In this document: positions 37,904 to 47,900 of the stretch, in pieces
How the letters are laid out: each line of letters begins with the position of its first letter
Position numbering within the stretch: position 1 is the first letter of the stretch
IMG/VR virus record: IMGVR_UViG_2547132402_000007
Location: 16,805-80,804 of that record
Reading direction: 5' to 3' (one strand)
From: a virus
DNA: 64,000 bases
The notes under the pieces: generated by a model
Told to the model about the DNA's origin: nothing
The model's input: only the letters and a program-made list of their open reading frames with translations
Database searches by the model: none
Position numbers and translations under genes: made by a program

Positions 37904-38422
37904 ATGACTCTTTTTGATGTGGTTTTTGAACGTGTAGTTGGGCATGAAGGTGGTTATCAAACAGATCCTCGTGATAGAGGGAATTGGACTGGTGGAGCAG
38001 TAAATAAGGGACAGCTTAAAGGGACTAAATTTGGCCTAGCTGCAATGACATATCCTGATTTAGATATCAAAAATCTAACACCTGAGCAGGCTAAGGCAAT
38101 TTACCAACGCGATTGGTGGAGCAAGTTTGGTATGGAACGTTTCCCGCAAGCATTGGCTTACCAGATGTTTGATGCCGCTGTGAATCATGGGATCGGACGT
38201 GCTAACCAGTTCCTACAGCGAGCTGTGTCTGTGAATGATGATGGTAAGGTAGGGCCTGCTACATTGTCGGCATTGAACAGTGCAGATCTGAATGACGTGC
38301 TGATGTTGTTTTTAGCAGAACGGCTTCAGTATTTCACAGAGGTGAAAACTTGGAAGGATTATTGTACTGGATGGACTCGAAGAGTTGTCCAGAACTTACG
38401 ATATGCCACACAGGATAATTAA
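37904..38422 (+). CDS. Endolysin, glycoside hydrolase family 108 with PG-binding domain
   Basis: HEGGY..DPRDRGNWTGG, GTKFGLAA, FDAAVNHG, LQRAV, DDGKVGPATL, GWTRRV. Confidence 0.93.
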   Translation: MTLFDVVFERVVGHEGGYQTDPRDRGNWTGGAVNKGQLKGTKFGLAAMTYPDLDIKNLTPEQAKAIYQRDWWSKFGMERFPQALAYQMFDAAVNHGIGRANQFLQRAVSVNDDGKVGPATLSALNSADLNDVLMLFLAERLQYFTEVKTWKDYCTGWTRRVVQNLRYATQDN

Positions 38423-38427
38423 TCGTA

Positions 38428-38456
38428 ATTGGGGGAGGTAATAATGCCTCCCCAGA
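38428..38456. terminator. Bidirectional terminator
   Basis: TGGGGGAGGTAATAATGCCTCCCCA hairpin between convergent genes. Confidence 0.7.
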
Positions 38457-38462
38457 TTGCCA

Positions 38463-38888
38463 TTAAAGACATTCGAATTCTTGAGGTAAATATTTTTTCA
38501 TTATTGTATTAAGATAATAATATCTTATTTCTGGTGCGCTAGAGTTTTCTTTTAGAGTCAAGACTCTTTTATACATAGAATCTATTATCAACTCAAATGT
38601 ATATTGAAGTGCTCCGTTCTCTCTTATAAGAGCCACTTCATTTATTTCTTTTAAATATACGAACCCTAATCTTTCTTTAGTTAATTTATCTGGGTTATAT
38701 ATTATTTCTATACATTTTGTTTTAAGCAATCTAGCATTATTAGATATTGTCTCTGTGAGAATGTCCATATTATCAACAATGGATGCTATGTATGGGTAGC
38801 TTTCCACTGAGTTTTTTTCATGGCTCCTCATATAATCATAAATCACTAAAAATTTATCAGCGTAGTTTGAATTTTTATTGTTTTCCAT
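38463..38888 (-). CDS. AT-rich hypothetical protein
   Basis: 141-aa ORF, very low GC, co-oriented with 38905..39426. Confidence 0.7.
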   Translation of the reverse strand: MENNKNSNYADKFLVIYDYMRSHEKNSVESYPYIASIVDNMDILTETISNNARLLKTKCIEIIYNPDKLTKERLGFVYLKEINEVALIRENGALQYTFELIIDSMYKRVLTLKENSSAPEIRYYYLNTIMKKYLPQEFECL

Positions 38889-38904
38889 TATCGTCGCCTA
38901 ATAA

Positions 38905-39426
38905 TTAAAGATCGTTCTCATCGAGAGTTAAACCCAAAAGATAGGATTCTGCTTGCATTTTTAAGTTAAAATACTCGCCATCATATAATGTACTATCGCT
39001 AAATAAAACATCAATATCATGATGTATATCATTGAGTTTTTCTATTGTTAAGCTCGGATTGTCTTGATCATGAATGTCATTTAGTTTATCTATTTTTTTG
39101 TAGATTGGTGTTATTAATGGGTGAAATGCAGCTCCTGTTATTTTTATTACTTCGCATATGTAATGAAGGTGTTTGTATGGATTAAAGCTGTTTACCTGTA
39201 AATTTGAAAGACATTCATCAATGGTAATGTTTACCTCCATCATTACTTGATGATGCTTATGTAAAGTATAAGAGGTGTTTAATTTTGTAAGAATGAGTAG
39301 CTCTTTTGCCATCATTTTTTGTGATTTAATTGCCTCCTGTAGTGCCTCATCTTTTTCTTGGAGCTTTATTTGAAGTCTAATTATTTGATCTTTTAGTTGT
39401 ATCGCTTTGCCGCTTGATATGAACAT
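38905..39426 (-). CDS. AT-rich hypothetical protein with N-terminal coiled coil
   Basis: AGGTGG RBS; internal repeat IDKLNDIH / IEKLNDIH. Confidence 0.7.
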   Translation of the reverse strand: MFISSGKAIQLKDQIIRLQIKLQEKDEALQEAIKSQKMMAKELLILTKLNTSYTLHKHHQVMMEVNITIDECLSNLQVNSFNPYKHLHYICEVIKITGAAFHPLITPIYKKIDKLNDIHDQDNPSLTIEKLNDIHHDIDVLFSDSTLYDGEYFNLKMQAESYLLGLTLDENDL

Positions 39427-39545
39427 TATACCACCTGAAATTATTGGCTTATTACTTTCTGTAATTTATTGAACTGGCAGATATTAGCATAACGACTGTC
39501 ATATGACCTGTTATTGAGGCTGAACATGGAAGTGCATGGTAGCTC

Positions 39546-39781
39546 TTATCCACATATCCACTGGCTAGATCCCAATAGTTAACCAAAGAGATCCTAAGTG
39601 AACCAATGAGATCCCCGATCGCCGCAGCCCTTTGATAGCAAGGCTTACAGAGGATTTGGGTGTGTCGTAGTGGGAGAAAGGTGTGTCGTAACGGGAAAAA
39701 GGTGTGTCGTAACGGGTAAATGGTGTGTAGTATTGGGAAAAATGGTGTGTCGTAGTGGGAAGCGCTTTGTTTTTATCCACG
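39546..39781. other. P1-type plasmid origin (oriR)
   Basis: DnaA boxes TTATCCACA at 39546-39554 and TTATCCACG at 39773-39781; clustered GATC; five iterons GGTGTGTCGTA(A/G)(C/T)GGGA at 39659, 39680, 39701, 39722 and 39744 (21-22 bp spacing). Confidence 0.9.
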
Positions 39782-39816
39782 CATGATGTTAATGGATTAG
39801 ACTCGACGGTAACTAT

Positions 39817-40695
39817 ATGACAGAAAGGGTTTTTTTTGGCGATATTCTCGATGATGATTCGGATGGTAAAAGTAATAAGCTAACAGTTACCAACAGGGCT
39901 ACGGTGCAACCAGTCGCCTTGATGCGATTGAACGTCTTTGTTCCATCCAGCCGAGCCGCCAAGGGGCCGCAATCCAGTATCGATGCCACAGCTGAGCTGA
40001 TGGGGCTCGATTTTTCTCGTCGAGAAGGGTATGACGATATCCGTATCACTGGCGAGCGCCTTAACATGTCGATCGACTTTAAGGTTTGGGTCGGTGTAAT
40101 CCAGGCGTTTAGTAAGTACGGCCTCAAATCAAACATAATTCGATTACCGTTCACAGAATTTGCGGCGATGTGTCGGTTCGAGTCTAAACGCTTCGATAAG
40201 CGTCTGAGAGCCAGTATTTCGACCTCGTTAACGAAACTGCGTGGGAAGACCATTACCTTCTCTAAAACAGGACCACAGGGCATACAGAAGGTGTCTGCGA
40301 CGGGCTTGCTGAAGACGGGGACGTTTGATTTTGAGAATGACCTGGTTGAGCTGGAGGCGGATCATCGCCTTTGGGAGTTGTACCAGGCTGATTATCGTGT
40401 GCTGCTGCGACATAAGCCGATCAATGAGTTGGCCCGTAAGGAGATTGCCCAGGCTATCTACACGTACATTGAGAGCTTGCCAAATAACCCTGCGCCTATC
40501 TCCTTTGCTCGAATCAAGGAACGGCTTGTACTGCTTTCGCCTGTGAAGGAGCAGAATAGGATGATTAAGCAGGCGTTGGCACAGCTGAGTGAGATCGGGT
40601 ATTTGCAGTATTCGCTAAGTAAGAAAGGCACTGAGCATTATGTGCTGGTGCATTCCCGGACGCCGACACTTGGCGTTACTGCAGCTGGATCTTAA
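39817..40695 (+). CDS. repA: Plasmid replication initiator RepA (P1 / RepFIB-like)
   Basis: TVQPVALMRLNVFVP, IRITGERLNMSIDFKVWVGVI, LYQADYRVLL and AQAIYTYIESLP; flanked by iterons. Confidence 0.95.
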   Translation: MTERVFFGDILDDDSDGKSNKLTVTNRATVQPVALMRLNVFVPSSRAAKGPQSSIDATAELMGLDFSRREGYDDIRITGERLNMSIDFKVWVGVIQAFSKYGLKSNIIRLPFTEFAAMCRFESKRFDKRLRASISTSLTKLRGKTITFSKTGPQGIQKVSATGLLKTGTFDFENDLVELEADHRLWELYQADYRVLLRHKPINELARKEIAQAIYTYIESLPNNPAPISFARIKERLVLLSPVKEQNRMIKQALAQLSEIGYLQYSLSKKGTEHYVLVHSRTPTLGVTAAGS

Positions 40696-40704
40696 TCGCT
40701 GGTG

Positions 40705-41210
40705 GGTGTGTCGTAGTGGGATTCTTCCCGTTTTGACACACCTTTTGCCTGCCGGTATGTGTTAATAGCCCGCCAGGACACACCTACGTCTATTTTTTAA
40801 ACTCTCTTTTCCCGTTACGACACACTATGCAGCGTGACGCTACCTACTCAAGGTGGGGTTTGGTATGAATCTTCCCTCTTCAACACACCTTTTGGCTGGT
40901 CAGTAGTGTGCAATGGGGCCCTTTTCCCCGTTACGACACACCCGATAGAGAGATATCTTCCTTTGTTGGGCTGTTTTTTAGACTGTTTCCCGTTATGACA
41001 CACTTTAAGCGCTCGTCTCTATTGCAGGGGGATAGGTCCCCGTTTCGACACACCCAAACTCAACAGCTCCGTAGCTAGCGGGCTTCTTTCCCGTTACGAC
41101 ACACCTTATCTTGGGGGGGCGGCTAGTTTTCGCCGGTATCTATTAGGGGGAATACTTCCCGTTACGACACACCTTGTTTGTAATGTGCAGAGTTCCCGCT
41201 ACGACACACC
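40705..41210. repeat. incA-like copy-control iteron array (about 11 copies, mostly reversed)
   Basis: Repeated TTCCCGTTACGACACACC variants downstream of repA, same consensus as the origin iterons. Confidence 0.9.
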
Positions 41211-41410
41211 TTCATGACTACGGCCGTAAATTCTCTCACCTTTGGCGCGGTAATTGTCTGGGGGGTGGGGAGGTTGCCGTAAATCTTCTCACGTTTGAGC
41301 CCGGTGACTACAGGGCTCAATTTGGCTGCCGTAAATCCTCTCACGTAAGTGACTAATGAGCGGATGAGTTAATGAGGGGGGGGGAGGGCGGCTTTATTTA
41401 TGGTCGCCAC

Positions 41411-41445
41411 TTTTGAGTAAATGACAATATGACAATATGACAATG
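41411..41445. repeat. TGACAAT direct repeats with a GAGT box, candidate remote partition site
   Basis: TTTTGAGTAAATGACAATATGACAATATGACAATG uses the same half-sites as the parFG operators. Confidence 0.45.
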
Positions 41446-41453
41446 CTGTTTTT

Positions 41454-41894
41454 TTAGCTATTTGTTTTATAGTGACTTTTTATCATTATGAGACGTTCCA
41501 TTTCTTCGTCGATGTAATTGAATTCATAGTGATCATAGTCATTCGCCGGCAGCATGTGACGCGTGGATGTCTGTAGCCCCTGATTTATCCGGTCATCGTG
41601 ATATGTCAGCGCCGCTGCAATAGTGAGCACATCTTCATCGTATGAGTAAACTGCGACGATATCAGTATCGATTTTTGTGCCGTAACTATTTTCACCCTGG
41701 CTGATCGCCAGAGTTTTTAGTGCTGGCCAGAACGGCCCATAGCTACGGTACATACTCGGATCTGCGCTAATCACGCTGCTTAGTCCTGTGAGAAATTGGG
41801 ATACGATTTGTTCGTCCTGCATACCTGGGCAGTTTTCTTCGATCAACTCACGGAGTTCGGCGGCGCTAGGCATAATTGTCTCATTCAGTGTCAT
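41454..41894 (-). CDS. ulx: Ulx antirestriction accessory protein
   Basis: MYRSYGPFWPALK...YSYDEDVLTIAAALTY matches recalled P1 Ulx; directly downstream of darB. Confidence 0.82.
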   Translation of the reverse strand: MTLNETIMPSAAELRELIEENCPGMQDEQIVSQFLTGLSSVISADPSMYRSYGPFWPALKTLAISQGENSYGTKIDTDIVAVYSYDEDVLTIAAALTYHDDRINQGLQTSTRHMLPANDYDHYEFNYIDEEMERLIMIKSHYKTNS

Positions 41895-41928
41895 GTCGTT
41901 AAGCGGCGGATCCCCGCCGCTCTCCCTG

Positions 41929-44900
41929 TTATTTGGTTGATAAGTGTGTCAGTACGTCGCTAATGTCGTGCTTTGCTGGAATGAGCCACCAGCCGCCTTC
42001 GAACTCAAGAGCCTCTGCATAGGCGCGTTTGGGCTTATACCACACGGCGCCGTAACGAGCTTTAATCCCATCATCGCCTTCCTTGTTGTTGTAGAGGATG
42101 CCATTTAAGCCGTTAGGGTCGTGTAGTCCCCAGGCTTCTCCCGGCTCGAAGGTGAAGCGGCGAGTGCGTACTGGTTTTGAGTTGAGTTTACATTGTAAAT
42201 TGAGGCTGGCAGCCAAACTCAGCACGTCATCGCTGGTGGCCCGCTCTTTAGGCTCGGGTTGCTCAAGCAATGCGCTTGCGCTTACTGTGTCTGCCTTTTT
42301 CTCCTGCTCTTTTTCTTCATCCACACACATCCTGTCCAGCGCTGCTGCTGCAATGTTTTTAAGAGCCTGATATGAGGCCATGTCGGACAGGGTTATCTCA
42401 TCTTTGCTCAGGTAGCCCAAGGTTACTAAATCGGCCAAAACCTGGGGGTAGTGGATGATGTTGTCACGGATCGATGCTCCATTACTGTGAGTATCGAGGA
42501 TTCGTATAGTCTCTCGGTACGACGGAGGGATAGAGTCCAGGTTATGTAGGCTGTGGCGCCGCATTTTGATTTGAGCGTCGGTGTTATCTAGTAAGGTGCG
42601 AAAATCGTCCATTCGCTCTTGGCTATCGTTCTTGGCCGACTCCTGGCCTTCTTGGGCGATGAGATCCGCAACGCCTTTCACTGCGAGGGTTGCTGCCTCC
42701 TTGAAAGCCTCCGGGTTACTGACGTTTTTCGGTAGGAAACTATCTTCGATACACCATAGCTGATCGGTTGTAATGGATGCTTCGCCATTCAGGTATAGGG
42801 TGCCTGCGTACCCCTGTTCCAGCATAGAGCTAATGGCTAACCTTCTTGCATGGGCAGCCTGCTCTTTTGCAAATTGTTCGATATCCTCATCGTTGCCCGG
42901 CGCGAGGTATTCCTTTGCAACTCGCTCCCAATCGGGGCCGAAAATATAGGCCATTTGCTCCGGGTTCACGGTGTTCCCGTATTGATCGAATGCCAGCTTT
43001 GCTGCTGTGCTCCGTAAGCCGCTTTCGCCTTCTTCAGGCAGGTACAAAGAGCGAAGTTCTTCAGGTGTGGTGATGCGGTTCACAACAGCCAAGTTACCCT
43101 CGGCATTGAAGACTAGGCTGGATACCATATTGATCGTTAGCCTACCTTCCTGCATGAGGCGCGCGGCCTTCTCTGCACCAACTCGCAGCACAATCGCCGT
43201 TGGCGACTGCGGTTTTTCCAGGTCGCGTAATAGAGCTGCATCATCTTCAGTGTACGAGGCTGGCGTGAAGCGGCGTGAGAAGTCATAGGCGGGGATAATG
43301 AATCTGCTGCCGGCGCTGATGGTGTAGACCCCATTGGGACGATGGACCGCTTCGACAGTGATCGTGTTTTCATCCTGATCAAAGGATAGGGCTTTGACAA
43401 CCAGAAGGCGGTTCCCCATGATTTTGCCTTTGTCATCAGTCCAGAATTTTTCATCATAAAACGCACCAATGCGTACTGGCTCGCCGTCCACAAGGATGTA
43501 TTGCTCCGGGTGTAGAAGGAGATCGCTATCGGCGTTAATCAGCCCTTTTTCGATGGCTGACTTAATGACTGGCGCCAGGCGTTTAATCTCTGAGTCGGCA
43601 CTTTTGGCGCGGTTGACTTTGCGTGTTGCACTGAGAAGACGACGGCGGTGCGTATTGGCTCCTTTCTCAAATAAGGCAAGCACTTCTGCCGATTCTTTGA
43701 GTTGGCGGTTGTTATAGTTTATATCCCATGCCAGCTCTTTACGCTTTTCTGGGTTGGCTTCAACAGTAGCTTTGAGCATGGCTTTTTTAGCGAGAAGCTC
43801 GTCATACATCGCTTGTTTCTGTGCCAGCTTTTTCTCTGCGAGGTTTAAATTTTCTTGGCATGTTTGCTCATTTTCGGTGAGTGACTCTATACCTTCATTG
43901 GCAGCGGCAGTGGCTTTTAGGTAGCGCTGTAGAGATATCTTGGCGCTGGACTTAGCGGCCTCCATCATTTTTCTCGCGATCTCTTGGCGGGCCTCCTCCA
44001 TCTTCTCCCGGCGTTCAGTGTCATTTTCGGCCAGCAACAGACCAACATCTTGAGCGCTGTCAGCGTCAGCATTGCGCATTTTGGTTTCGTCGGACGTAAA
44101 TAGCTCATTGATCCAGGCGGCTTTGCGTTTGAGCGTTTCCAGGCGGAATTCATCGAATGATCCCTTCCCACAGTAGTAATACACGTCTACTTTTTCCTGG
44201 CTGGCGCCGACGCGCGCCCCGCGCCCGTTACGCTGAGCAATACTGGCTGGCGTCCATGGTAAGGTGAGGTGGTGAATCGCCGTTGTTCCCTGATGTAGGT
44301 TAATGCCCACCTCGGCCTTTTTGTTACAGATAACGATCCGAGTGCGTCCTTCGTTATAGTCAGCGGCAATAGCCTCCAGGCCGCTCAGGCTCCCTTCGCC
44401 CATTTCAGCATTGTAGGCATCGAGGGCAGTTTCATACGCTGCTATATCTTCCGCAGGTGCGTTTTTGCCTGGGGCCTTGGGCTTCTTCAGCCGAGAGGCT
44501 GGCTTTCCCCGCTCCGCGACGCTGGTGGCGTTAATGATCCCGATCTCTTTGGCATCGATGCTTAGGTACTGGGCAATTAGGCGGGTGAGCTTTCCGTGTT
44601 GGCTTTTCTCATCGGAAAAGATGATCTGTTTACCTCCGGCGTCATAGTGCTTTTTGAGGTTCGCCAGCATTGCTGCGTACTTTGGCACCATGGGGTGAGT
44701 GACGTCGTGTAGCTGAAATTTCTTCAGGCGCTTGGTTACTTCAGCCTCGAATGACTCTGGGACTACCAGCTCAATGGCCTTATCGCTGGTGGTAATAGCG
44801 ATGTTTGCCGTAGTGTTGACTGTTTCGATCTCGCCAGCACTATTCTCTTGCTCGATGCGTATCGTTTTCGGCAAGTCATCGGCCAGTGCTCTCACTGCGT

Positions 44901-47900
44901 CGGCATCATTCAGTGGGAACCGGAAAGTCATGCGGTGATAGTACAAATCGAGATCGGAGCACACGCGATCCATATCGCGAATAATGCTAAATATCTCGTC
45001 TTTCTCAATCTCGTTACCGTCGATATCGAGAGGTGGCTCCATTCCCATGAGCTGCGCGGCCTGACGCTCTAAGGGGGTCATCGTGGCCCATTTGGCCCGC
45101 TGGCGCAGGTTGGTATAAATATCCTCCTGCTCATCGGACATAGGGGCTTCAACGTTGGATTCCTCCAAGTTTGGGATCTTGACTACTTTCCCTACGTCAT
45201 CGGCGCTTTTCAGGTTTACCCAGCGATGGAATATACCCCGTAGGCCGTCGAGGTTTTTGAAGCCCACCAGGCCATCCTGCGATACAGCGTCGCCGGCTAG
45301 TGTCTGCCTGATCACGCTCTCCACCTCGCCAAATACACGAATGAAGTCATCAGGGGTGTATACGCCGATGCTTTGCCATTCCTCTTGTGTCATGACGTGG
45401 CTAAGCATGTTGTAGGCATCAACGGGGGAGTTTACTGCGGGCGTGGCTGTTAACATTACGGTCCCGCGCCCGCTGAATTTCTTCATTAGGTACTGGTTTT
45501 TTAGCGCCATATCGCGCGCAGACTTAGCCACGTTCGCAGAGGGCAGGTATGCCAGTCCGGCCGATTCCCGGCCCAAGGAGAAGCTGTTACGATAGTTATG
45601 GCCTTCATCCACGATCACTGAGTCAAAACCCATATCCTCAAAGTACGGATACTCCTGGTTCTTGTCGGTGCCTGTATCGCTTGCTTTGGCCTTGAGGTTT
45701 GCGCGTTGCGCCGCTGCACGGTGACCGTCTGCGGTTAGGCTAACCTTTCCGGCTTCGGCAAAGTCATACATGACTTGAGAGGTGTGGTCGGAAATGGTTT
45801 CTTCGCGTAACGGCAGCTTTGCGTACTGTTCTTTTGTCATGATGACTGTTCGCCAGTTTGAATGCGGCACGGAGTGCATTCTGGCGGTGATGGTTTTAGC
45901 ATCAGACAATGTGACGTTATCGCGCATTACTGGAGTCCCAGTCAGCTTGTTGATCCGCTGCTGGCCATTCTCATCGAGGACAGGGATTCGCTGGATTGAG
46001 CCATCGTCATTCGCCACAACATCAAGGCCGATAAACAGCATATGACGGAAGGCATCAGCGTTATAGAATTCGCGAGTTTCGTGATACCAGTTTTCTAAGA
46101 CAGCCTTCGGTACAACGATACAGGTCCGCTTGCTGCGGCCTTGCTCATAGTTATAAGCCATCAGCGCCAGCGCAGTAGTCGTCTTACCCAAGCCAGTACC
46201 GAATGCCAAGATTCCGCGCCCATCTTCGGAGAGCCGGCGGATAGCTGAGTTCTGGTAACTAAACGGTAGCCGTTCTCCTGACGCACTTTTCAGTTGAAGA
46301 TCTGCGTCTGAGTGTTCGAACGGGATGTAGAAGTTGAAGGACTCGTTGTACTCGCTGACAACGTTCTCAAAGTCATCATGTTGCCGGATGAACTGGTCGA
46401 ATCGGGCTTCCATTTCCCTGATACGGGCGGAGTATGCGGCCGCATTAACGCCGCGAGGTTTCCGGCCGTTAAGCCAGTGCTCCAGCTGGCGCTCAAAGTT
46501 TTCACCGCTGCGATCGATCTCTTTGTAAACTTGGCAGCCTTCGTTTTTATCAAAGATACTACTGCGAGTGTAGCCAACGAATATGCCGTCTTTGCCCTGG
46601 TAGTCCTCAGAGGTAAGGATGCCGTTTTCGACTTTCTCAGACTTGATGTAGCGAAGTTTGTCGTATCCTTCAGACTGGAGAAATTCAGCGATAATAGAGC
46701 GGTCCATCCAGCGGGCGCCCATGCTGAAGGTGATATCCTCCGGCTTGGTTTTCTTGCGCTTTCGCTCGATAGCCTGTAGCTGTAGTTGTAGGTTTTGCTT
46801 TATCGCGTCCGCCGGCGCGGCTTGTAGTGCTTCCATTATGGAGGCTGTTACACCCTGGATGTTCCCGCTGGTGGCCCGCTCAAACTTGGTGAGCTGCCCA
46901 CCCGGCGTAATGGCTATACCATCCTGGTTCGCGAGGAAGCATAGTGCTGCCATATCGTCTGAAGGGAGTTTCCCCGTGTATAGCTCCCGGAAGTCAGCGA
47001 GTGATACTTCCCCAGAGATCGCATTGCCATACAGGTGATGTAAGACGGCGTTGATATCTTCTGTATCGAGCTGTACGCCATTCATAACATCAAGGCTGTT
47101 ACTTAGCAGGTCGGATAGTTCTCCGGTGCTGCTGGTGGCGTTGACGAAGCTCAACCACTGACCCGCGCCTGGTCCATTCAACGATCGCAATAGCCTGTCG
47201 TTTTTGGTGATGCCATACCTGTCATTTTCTTTGGCAACTAGGCGGCGGATATCTTCACGGATAGCCTGAACGTGCTCATGACCATTGCCGAGTAACGCGA
47301 TGGAATCGGAGAGGTTATTAATCGACTGGCCGAGCATATGTCCCCTGAAAACGCGCTCTTGGGCAGCTGGCTTTTGCTGCTTGGCAAACTCCATAGCGCG
47401 CCGGGTTGTATCGTCGATCATGTGGGGGAAGTCGGCGGCGATATTTTTGATCTGGGCCAATGGTAGGGTGAGCGTGCCGGCGGTGCTCTTTAGCAGAGTT
47501 TGGAGTGCCGATGCGTCAGTTGCTCCATAACGGCTTGCATCGAGGGGCTTAGTCATATCCAGAGCTTCAGGATCCCAACTGCCCAGTGTTAATTTATGCC
47601 AGCGGCCGTTGATAACACGACGCTCACCTTCTGCGTAAATGTGCGGCGCGGTTTCTGGTGTGAACTCCAGCAGATCCCAGTTAATACGGGAGTCGAAGCG
47701 GTGCGCTAGGCTCTTTTTGACCTGCTCATTCGTTATGCCATTACTTTTAACGGCCAGTCGGCGGAATTTCCCGGCACCGGTGACTTCCTCCGATCCGTGG
47801 ATAAAGCGTTTCCCATCTTTTTCAAACCAGCGCCCACTGATGAAGGTATCCCACAGAATGTTGGCTTCGGCCAGCTCATTCGATGAGGCGTTAGCAATAC

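Noticed and set aside
39659-41210. Regularly spaced repeats that might be read as a CRISPR array
   Set aside because: They are 19-bp iterons flanking repA, with 2-3 bp or irregular gaps, mixed orientation and no cas genes.
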